DNA of 64,000 nucleotides from Strigamia acuminata (Eukaryota): NCBI GenBank assembly GCA_949358305.1, contig OX442314.1, positions 13,268,001 to 13,332,000 of the forward strand, read 5' to 3'. Shown piece by piece: positions 55,465 to 64,000 of this stretch (position 1 is its first letter; each line of letters starts with the position of its first letter). The notes under the pieces were generated by a model. It saw only the letters and a program-made list of their open reading frames with translations, ran no database searches and was not told where the DNA came from. The position numbers and the translations under genes were made by a program.

Positions 55465-56903
55465 TTATTTCCTAAAACCAAGTGAGACGTCATTTTTGTA
55501 AATTTGCTGAAAAGAGAACGCTCATTAACCATAAATCATATTTAATGTTAAAATTAAATTACCACGAATTCAATTGACGACTTGCAATAAATGCAGATCG
55601 AAATAGATCATTTGAAAGTCTAGACAGATTGAAACTCATCTTGATGTAATGTAATTGTGTAACAGGGTGGATGAGTTTCTTAGCCCGAGATGTAGTTGAA
55701 ATACACAAGTCACGAATTGAATTTCTCAATTGATACATTTCTCGAAATGCGACTTGGTTAGTGCCCGACACGGACACATCCACTAGGATCCGTTTCATCT
55801 CTTGAAACAAGAAATTTGAAGCCAACATGGAAACCGAACAAACCATGGTCGAATCGTGTAAATTCGTACATACATCAATGTAATGCAAAGCGGCAGCGAC
55901 GTTTATGCTCTTACCACTCCGTATCGCTGTATCATACGTCGAGGGTGAGCATTTAAGATGATTGCAATAATCGTAATTAGCGGGATAGAGTACATCGTTG
56001 ACAGTGACTTCTTCAGCTAAGCTAGCAATCATGGCGTTGATGTGTCTCGAATAAAGCAAAGAAGCGACGGCAGAGTGCACTTCTTCACTTGGTAACAACA
56101 TTACGGCATCTTGGAAAGCTTCAAGTGATGCTTTATAATTACTTTCATACCCCAAATAATGGCCCTTCAATAAGAGTAGTGCAGCATCAAATCAAAGTAG
56201 ATAACTTCCGTTTCCAAATTCTTTGAATATGGACATATTTTTAAATATCTTTCTCTCATTTCTCATTCTGTCGTAGAGCAGCTTTATTACACTATTTGTA
56301 TATCCATATTCCCGAAAGAAGTCCGATATTTTCTGCAAATATCCATTTTTATTTGCACAGAAGTCGTGCATCCAACCGCCTAAAACTTTAACTGTCTGCG
56401 AAAAATATAATTTGAAATGTATATTTTGTTTTGCACTTGTCGATAAATCTTACCTCTTCTTCACTCTGTGTAAGGGAATTGACCACTTTTGTTTTCCACT
56501 GCACGTTTCTCAAATCTACGCCTAATTGTTCGATGTGTTCGAAGACGCTTTCATAAATTTTGCCATTATCAAAATTGTCAACAAAATTGAAAGTATGGAA
56601 CTCGTTGATCCATTCGTCGAATCGCTTTTGAAACATTTCCGACAGTTTTTCGCCTTTTTTCATTTCCGTGAAAATCGTATGTTTGTTTGCATCGTACTTA
56701 TAATCGTATTCCGCCCGATTTGCCGGATCGAATAGCGTGATTTTAGCTTTGTTTAAATTTTTCATCCATTCTTCACTTCCTCCCTTGTCTGGATGCGCCA
56801 TTAACGCCCTAATCCGCCATACCTTCTTAATCTCCGTAAATGTGGCGTCGCTTCGAACGCCAAGTAGAGCGTACAAGTCTATATCGTCACTTGTTTCGGA
56901 CAT
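55465..56903 (-). pseudogene. J-domain gene copy 3 with the same premature TGA (56194-56192)
   Basis: 450-nt exon 1 with HPD; downstream ORFs identical in translation to copy 2. Confidence 0.7.
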
Positions 56904-58514
56904 TATATTTTTTCAATCTGAAATGTAAATTATATAATTCAATCACTGTACCAATCTACGTGTAATCAACCTAAGTTCGTTTTTTTAAATACATAAATTA
57001 CGATTTTATCTGCACGCTAAGTAAAATAAAGATACCGTTTCTATTTTCCCGAATTTAAAACTATTCGTCCGCAATATTGTTGAAATAAAGGTTATGTCTA
57101 ACTTCACCGACCTCAGGCCTTCAGATGAGTTGATTAAAAAATCTAAACAATTTGAAAAGTTTTACTTACTTTTGTACCCGAACTGCATTCAACCAACTCC
57201 TCCAAGAAGTGAGTATTTTTCTCTTCTCCGTCCGGTCCCTTGGTTAACGTATGTGACGTCATACCCATTATCCACGAGCTTACGCCGGGTACATCCACAA
57301 GTAGAGACGTGTCCATGGGGGATGGCGAAGGGGGAACAAAGGTGCAGGTCACTTGCCACTTGAACTCTTGGAAGTGACAATCAAGAGATTTTTTCATTTT
57401 AGCAAGTATGTGACAAAACTCATTTTAGCAAATTAAAATTCGACGTTGACACGATCCTCCAAAACACCAAATTTGACTTGATGAACAAGGAAAAAACATC
57501 AAAGCCAACAGCAAATGTCTGTTGCTTTTTCTCCCACGTCGGTACCCATTGATCGTAACCGGTATCCCTTTGTACAAGGATTAAAGGATTAAAAACCAAA
57601 CTGTTCCCCACCACACGGTTCGCCCCTTTTCCTCCCCATATCGCCTCCTGATTTACGACCTTAAATTGAGATTTAATTTTTTACTTTATTTGATTATTTA
57701 TAAATATTACTACCTCATAGTTCAAATCCAAGAATAATTCTATCAGTAATATATGAACGAATAGGATATGATTTCAATAGTCCGGGATCAGATGATGAAA
57801 GGTATGTTAAATTCGAACATTTTGAAATGATCAGAACGTCTGGAAAGTCGTAAAATATAATATAATAAAAAAATAAGAGACAGGGAGAGCAATGAACAAT
57901 GGAAATAACGATGTCATGATTCTGAATTCGGTATTTTTAATTTGAACAGCACATCGCATTTTTATTATTCACATACGCATACGTTGATTAAAAAAAGAAA
58001 TGAAATAAATTATGGTTTTCCCCCGCTTGTCGCAATGTGAAAACTCGAATCCTGACTTATCATAAATTTATATCACCGTGTTCGTCTTTCTTCCAGTAAG
58101 TCATTTCTGTGATTGCAATCATCCGAATTTCTACAATTGAAGCTTACCTTGAGCAGACGACTTAAATTTCGACTCAATGCATCAGCCAGCTTCTTATCCG
58201 CACCTTCCAATATCGGTTTAAAAACAAATACATCATTTATGCAAATTTGCGGCAAACAGTGGCGCAGTACCGCTCGTTATTTGATCTACATGTTGATCAT
58301 TTTCACCGTACGGAAACTGCATCGTGCGCAAGATGGCGTACACGGCTCCGTGGAAACGTGCAGAATCTGCAAAATGGGCCCCAAGGCGACCGAACGACCG
58401 TCATCAACAACCAACTCCGGTTTATTAAATGTTTAATTAAAATTTCAAAAAAAAAAAAAGGAACACCCCGATCAGTCCCGGCGCCGACGGACGTTGAATG
58501 TACGAATCCAAATG

Positions 58515-58710
58515 TTTCGTCAAGCCATTTGAAGTGGTAGAAACGGTTAAAACGGCTAAAACGGCGGATGTCCATGAGCAAACTCCAAAGACAATTGCCT
58601 GTTACCTTCTCGTCCTCGCAGTTGCTGACGGCCAACAAAATCAAATCTTTGTTCTGCAGGTTGTACGGGTCCAACACATTTAACTCCGGCTCGTGCGTCC
58701 CTCTGATGCT
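58515..58710 (-). pseudogene. SENP8/DEN1-like (Ulp1/C48) protease fragment lacking the catalytic His
   Basis: VLDPYNLQNKDLILLAVSNCEDEKVTGNCLWSLL...FYH resembles the SENP8 segment LxPLxLxNKxxxFLAINDN....GGTHWSLL....FFH (comparison from memory). Confidence 0.5.
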
Positions 58711-58887
58711 AAAGTTACATAATGCAATTTATTGTGTTTTAGGCAATCTTCTCGTCTGAAAGTTTTAAATCACCAAATCACTAATCACCAATTGCTGTCT
58801 TTATTTTTTTCCCCACTTTTTCTTCGTGCTGTGATCAAAACTCAAACTGATTAAATTTTATAATTACAAAAACAAAACTTTTTACTT

Positions 58888-59049
58888 TTAACGCATTAAA
58901 ATTTTTAGAATGACTATGAAAATGTAAAAGTCAATCATAAATGGGATAACTGAAAAAACAAGAACGTCAACAACTTGGTCAATGTCTTCTTTGTCAACAG
59001 AATTCTTCTTAAAAATTTTTCCAAAGATTTTCCGAATGATATTTTTCAT
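58888..59049 (-). CDS. Putative 53-aa membrane microprotein D2
   Basis: MKNIIRKIFGKIFKKNSVDKEDIDQVVDVLVFSVIPFMIDFYIFIVILKILMR*. Confidence 0.5.
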   Translation of the reverse strand: MKNIIRKIFGKIFKKNSVDKEDIDQVVDVLVFSVIPFMIDFYIFIVILKILMR

Positions 59050-59336
59050 TGTCGCCGAAATTTCGAAACATTGAATCACAATACTGGATGAAAGGATAGG
59101 GTTAAGTTAAACTCAATATTCATTCATTTTAAAGTAACAATAAATACAGTTTCGATTGTTCCATTGTTAAAATTGCAAAGAAATCATTTAAATTAATATG
59201 CTGCCTCTTCATCTGCACGAGTCCAGCCAGATCAGACCTGATGCATACAACCAACTCCTCCAAGAACTTTTTAAGTAGCTAGAACCGAAGACACAAGAGG
59301 GTTTAAAACCAAAGTGACCAAACTGGCCCTTAAAAA

Positions 59337-60221
59337 TTAAATGAACGTCTTTATCTTCTGTAACGCGGTAGTCAGAGCATCCGACAGTAAAGTAATCTGT
59401 TTCGTCAGTCTCTCCAAATCAAGTTGCGGATCTTCCGGTTTGGCTGGTTGGTCGACCTCCAAGAGTGTCTTTTCCAACGTTTGTTGGGTCGTCCGAATTC
59501 GCCAATCCACCTCAGACGGGGAATTTTTTCCCAGGAGAAACAATGGAGCAGGTGGTTCCTCCACACCGTGTCCTTCGGGGTTAACCGGGTAATTGCATTT
59601 ATGACATAAAGCCCAACGTCGGGCACCATCGGAGCGTGCACTCATTACTATCGTATCTTTTATTCCTTCCAACCATGGGGTTGGCCGTGGACGCTTGCCC
59701 TCGCCCCGGCAATTGACACATGCCATTAGATGTTGCCCACCGATTGCACCACCTAGCCACCCACTGCCTGTGCAGAGGGGACAGAACACAAACTGCCTCG
59801 TGTCAAACTTAGGCAAGAGATGGTGACGACCATGAGCGATGTCATCGATACATTTTGCCCAACGTTTCTCCAGTAATTCGGCTTGTGCAGCAGTAGTCAA
59901 TGGCTCGAATGCTTGCCATGTTACAGCCGTGTCCATAGAAGATCCTAAAGTCGATTCTCTCATTGGTTCCTCATGTACGGACGAGGTGAGAGGGCTGCTT
60001 GAGGAAAAACGGAGAGGTCCACGTGGTTTCACGAAATTTTCCCCGTTGTACGTGACCGCATGCTCTCTGTTGACAGGTTCTTCGCCGTAATTGCACAAAT
60101 ATTTTGGTAGTGGTCCCTCATATCCGGACCCAAGCGGTTGCATGTTGCTACGTTTCCTTGGATCTCCTACGGTATTTTGCGGGAGGTAGTGCCATGTCTG
60201 GTAGGATCGATGAGAATACAT
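59337..60221 (-). CDS. Orphan 294-aa protein with two CxxCxGxG zinc-binding motifs, a CxxC..H motif and a C-terminal coiled-coil-like tail
   Basis: Long GC-richer ORF in AT-rich DNA; CPLCTGSG, CVNCRGEG, CHKC..H; pyrimidine tract and AG directly before the ATG. Confidence 0.65.
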   Translation of the reverse strand: MYSHRSYQTWHYLPQNTVGDPRKRSNMQPLGSGYEGPLPKYLCNYGEEPVNREHAVTYNGENFVKPRGPLRFSSSSPLTSSVHEEPMRESTLGSSMDTAVTWQAFEPLTTAAQAELLEKRWAKCIDDIAHGRHHLLPKFDTRQFVFCPLCTGSGWLGGAIGGQHLMACVNCRGEGKRPRPTPWLEGIKDTIVMSARSDGARRWALCHKCNYPVNPEGHGVEEPPAPLFLLGKNSPSEVDWRIRTTQQTLEKTLLEVDQPAKPEDPQLDLERLTKQITLLSDALTTALQKIKTFI

Positions 60222-61771
60222 CTAGACCAAAGCAGTAAAATGCGAGAAATAAAATAACCAAAATTTGTAATCCAACAACATCGATAGGAGAAATGGTCTA
60301 TTGGAGCCAGGTCACCCACCGCAAGTATCAGTTAAAACAGTACAAAGGCTACGTTATTTAATGTAAATAATAAATAAATAAAACCGATTTGTCGTGTGAA
60401 AATCTACGTTGGAAATAGCAAAATCTTTCACGCCATCTAATGGCGGATTTTAGCGTAACTAGCTTTATCATAAAAGCGCGCCCTGGTATGAGAACATTCC
60501 CACGGCGCCATTTTTAATGAGAAAAATACTCGCGAATCTTCCGAAATATTTTATACCGATCCCAAATTACTCCCGTACTCTACTGATACATATTTTAACT
60601 GACCACCCATAGCCTTTTTTTGTAAAGTTTTAACTCTAAATAATCGTGATGTTCTCACTGATCAAAACTTACGGTTGGAAGTGCGTCTGTGAGTCTGTGA
60701 GAGTGCACGTGTTGATGATCTGAGTCCCGACTAAATAAAAAGAAAACGATTTTGTGATCGAGCGATCATGATTCAACACCCGAATCCAATCCACACTATT
60801 CTTTATATTGACTTACAGATAACGAAACAGGTTGAACAATTGGCGGCTGAGCGACGATGTCACGAAAACCGAAACTAACTTTGGCTGAAGTCATAGAAAA
60901 TGAATTTAGTAGCAGGTAGATTTATCACCTGATCAAATAATTCGTACAAAGTTACCGATTATTCCGAAGAACAGATCCAACTGTTGAGGAGAAAAATCCA
61001 AAGCGTGTTTGTGAGATGGAACCAATGCCGACCGAACAATCTCGAAGAGTGAGTCAGTGGGCCAGTAAGTCGCACGAGAGTGACAAGTGAAAACAAAGGG
61101 AGGTGAGTTCCGGAGTGAGAGTTATTCCGAGTGACGTCAAAGAGTCTCACTCTATGCAGACAATGAGGACAAGGTTTTGATGAGGGGAGAAATTCAGAGC
61201 TCGATATTTAATCCGGAAGTTACAAAAGTGGAGCCAAACTCTTTCTTTTTATCCTAATAAAATAATACGGTTGAAAATGTATTATGACGAGGAGAATATC
61301 CTTCAAGTTAACAAATTTTTTTGCACGAAATTAATTTTCTGAAGCTCACAATGTATATTTTAAAACTGACTGACAAGAGATCGGAATTAAAGTAAACAAT
61401 ACACCAGATATTTTTTGATTAAAAGGTGATAAGTTAATTAGTTTCTATTTAATACAAAGATTGCACGAAATTTCCTGTAAAGCGCGGGTTTTAAGTCCTT
61501 GCTTTGTTCGCCATCCATCAACACATTTAAGTCCGGCTCGTCGGCCCCTTTGATGCTAAAGTTACATAATGCAATTTATTGTGTTTCAGGCACAACCTAA
61601 AAACAAAAATCCGACTTATTCAGAAATAATCTTCTCGTCGGAAAGTTTTAAATCACCAAATCACTAATCACCAATTGCTGTCTTTATTTATTTTCCACAC
61701 TTTTTCTTCGTGCTGTGATAAAAATTCAAACTGATTAAATTTAATAATTGGAAAAACAAAACTTTTTACTT

Positions 61772-61933
61772 TTAACGTATTAAATATTTTAGAATGACTA
61801 TGAAAATGTAAAAGACAATCATAAATGGGATGATGGATTTAACAAGAACGTCAATAACTTGGTCAATGTCTTCTGCGTCAAAAGAACTCTTCTTGATAAT
61901 TTTTCCAAAGATATTCCGAATGATATTTTTCAT
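61772..61933 (-). CDS. Putative 53-aa membrane microprotein D3
   Basis: MKNIIRNIFGKIIKKSSFDAEDIDQVIDVLVKSIIPFMIVFYIFIVILKYLIR*. Confidence 0.55.
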   Translation of the reverse strand: MKNIIRNIFGKIIKKSSFDAEDIDQVIDVLVKSIIPFMIVFYIFIVILKYLIR

Positions 61934-62232
61934 TGTCGCCGAAATTTCGAAACATTGAATCACAATTCTGGATGAAAGGATAGGGTTAAGTTAAACTCAA
62001 TATTCATCCATTTTAAAGTAACAATAAATACAGTTCCATTGTTTCGCCCTTTAAAAATTGCAAAGAAATCATTTAAATTAATATGCTGGCCCTTCATCTG
62101 CAAGAGTGAACCGTCCAGCCAGACCAGACCTGATGATACAGAAAATTGAGTTGTTATTTTAAGAATTTCCTTCTCAGTTTGTAACATCAAATATAGTTTT
62201 CTTTACTTACATAGTGGCATTTGAAAAAAATA

Positions 62233-62370
62233 TTAAATACATAACCGCAAACATATAGGTATAAGGTGCATAAAAAGCAAGTGATAATAAAGTCGAAAGA
62301 CATCACTGTCGAAAATATCCTCATCAAGGGTTTTCTTTTCTTTGAAGCCATATAGTATAGTTACATTCAT
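62233..62370 (-). pseudogene. Microprotein C2, frameshifted inside the hydrophobic segment (45 aa)
   Basis: MNVTILYGFKEKKTLDEDIFDSDVFRLYYHLLFMHLIP, then a 2-bp insertion relative to C1 gives ICLRLCI*. Confidence 0.5.
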
Positions 62371-62462
62371 TTTAAATTAGCTGTTAAATCTGAAAATTGA
62401 CAATTACTTAACTCCCATACCCCAAAAAAATAGAAAATTAAATTAAATTTACTTGAGAAGTA

Positions 62463-62703
62463 TCATACTCGTGTTTGAACAAATCTTCTAGGCGGACTGT
62501 AAGTATAACTAGACATTAATTCATCCGGTTATTGATAACTACGTGTAGTTAAATACTTACTTTATTCGGTTATTTATATATATCGCTAAAACATACAGTG
62601 TAAACACAAGGATAACTGCAGGAGTGATATGAAAGAATAGGATATGGAATAAAAAGCGAGCTAGTCTATCAAGCAGTGACTGTTCATATTCATCATGATT
62701 CAT
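62463..62703 (-). CDS. Putative membrane microprotein B2 (48 aa unspliced to 62557; spliced tail NPPRRFVQTRV*)
   Basis: MNHDEYEQSLLDRLARFLFHILFFHITPAVILVFTLYVLAIYINNRI. Confidence 0.5.
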
Positions 62704-62856
62704 GAAATAGCATTCTTTGAATTTTCCAAATTTCACGGCGAGAATTTCAAGAATTTCGAGGAGAACTAAAAATGTAAAATCCTTAATTATTTTTTATAAT
62801 CTAACTTAGTGACAATAAAAACCATATTTCATTAATTAATATACATGTACTTATTA

Positions 62857-63057
62857 TTAGTGGCGGGATCGCGTAATCACATACAGAAAGAACAGCAAGC
62901 AGATGAATGGTAGAATATAATTAAAAAATGAATATTTAACTATCCCGATAATAATAGATTTCAATAGCCCGCTGATAATAGATTTCACTATGAAGAAAAT
63001 TGAAGAAATTATAGAGCTCAAATCATGCTCAACCGGCGGTTCATATGGCGTGTCCAT
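62857..63057 (-). CDS. Putative 66-aa membrane microprotein A2
   Basis: ORF track; paralog of 44388-44600; TTTACAG acceptor upstream at ~63127. Confidence 0.55.
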   Translation of the reverse strand: MDTPYEPPVEHDLSSIISSIFFIVKSIISGLLKSIIIGIVKYSFFNYILPFICLLFFLYVITRSRH

Positions 63058-63349
63058 ACAGGGATCTGATGAAAGGTTTTAAATTCCAAAATGTATCAAA
63101 TCTGCTTAACTTCATGATTAAAATGTCTGTAAATTAAATGTTGTCATAAAATGTTGTTAAAATTTAAAATGTAAAGCAACGAATAGTCAAAAAATAGAGC
63201 AAGAGGGAGCTGTAAACAATGTGAATAACAATGTCATTATTCTCAACTCATTAATGTATCATATGAATAATTGTCACTTGAAGAGATGTCACATTTTTAT
63301 TATTGGCAGTATAACTTACATTGAAATGAAAAAGAAATGAAATGAATTA

Positions 63350-63865
63350 TGGTCTTCCCTCGCTTCTCGAAATATGGAAATTCGAATCTAACTCTGAATT
63401 ATCACAGGCTTCCTCTTTAATTTTCTTCCAAAGAAAGTCAATTCTCTACCCACTGCATCCAAACATAACAAATATGATTACAATCATATTTCTTTATAGA
63501 AAGAATTGAAGTTTACCTTGTGAAGAAGACTTAAACTTCGACTCAACTTTTCCGCCAACATCTTTATCCGCATCTTCCAATATCGGTTTATTTCCTAACA
63601 CCTAAAAACCAAGTGAGACGTCATTTTTTTTAAATTTGCTGAAACAGAAGGAAAAGATAATGCTCATTAGCCATGAATCATATTTAATACTAAAATTAAT
63701 TACCGGTAACACGAATTCAATTGATGCAGATCGAAATAGACAGATTGAAACTCATTTTGATGAAATGTAATTGTGTAACAGGGTTGATGAGTTTTTTAGC
63801 CCGAGATGTAGTTGCAACACACAAGTCACGAATTAAATTTCTCTATTCATACATTTTTCGTAATG
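63350..63865 (-). pseudogene. Internally deleted J-gene remnant: 3' exons only, J-domain exon lost
   Basis: Homologous to ~46150-46700, then jumps directly to sequence matching ~48200; contains stops and frameshifts. Confidence 0.7.
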
Positions 63866-64000
63866 TGGTAAAGAAAAAAAAAATCCTTCCGTTTTCTATT
63901 TTCAGGAAATGTAAAACCACGGGTCGTGGTAACACCATCAGTCAACACCATGACAACTTCTTTTGATTAATTTTACATAACACCGCAATAAATTCATTAT

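Larger units (their letters stand above)
43100..64000. repeat. Complex tandem segmental duplication array: ~3.7-kb J-domain unit x3 plus remnants; microprotein cassette ~43100-44890 duplicated at ~61557-63345 and partly at ~58710-59250
   Basis: Long near-identical blocks; J-gene ATG offsets of 3690 and 5355 bp, the latter including a 1.66-kb insertion. Confidence 0.9.

Noticed and set aside
60835..61060. Possible LTR primer-binding site (TGGCGGCTGAG) followed by a gag-like ORF
   Set aside because: Three mismatches to an initiator-Met PBS, ORF broken by stops, and no recognisable domain or LTR pair
61960..62190. 76-aa minus-strand ORF between microproteins C and D
   Set aside because: Starts within and spans predicted intron sequence, and the paralogous regions carry indels
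62857..63057. Microprotein A as a sarcolamban/regulin homolog (LLFFLY similarity)
   Set aside because: Only a short low-complexity hydrophobic match; length and N-terminus differ
43100..64000. Endogenous virus or prokaryotic/CRISPR-like array
   Set aside because: No viral hallmark genes or repeat-spacer structure; spliceosomal introns indicate host-type genes

Overview
AT-rich, gene-dense eukaryotic DNA with many short (~60-80 nt) spliceosomal introns, most consistent with an arthropod; I cannot name the species. Positions 1-43 kb hold conserved genes: the 3' part of a neurexin, a C11orf68/UPF0696 homolog, cathepsin F, HECTD1, a head-to-head ERH/ZIP9 pair, two tandem DHRS7 copies separated by a 3.3-kb patch of MITEs and TE relics, two tandem catalytically dead pogo/Tigger-derived genes and an HTD2/MaoC dehydratase. 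Positions 43-64 kb are a lineage-specific, repeatedly duplicated minus-strand array. It contains three spliced J-domain (HPD) genes (one intact, two sharing a nonsense codon) plus remnants. It also contains two copies of an unannotated cassette of four small membrane-protein ORFs (45-73 aa), each preceded by its own splice acceptor and diverging faster in the ORFs than in the flanks. The array further holds an orphan ORF with DnaJ-type CxxCxGxG motifs, a SENP8-like fragment and a nested solo-LTR/Helentron insertion. The microprotein cassette and its linked J-domain genes are the best candidate for an undescribed system. All alignments were done by eye, so coordinates of degenerate elements are approximate.
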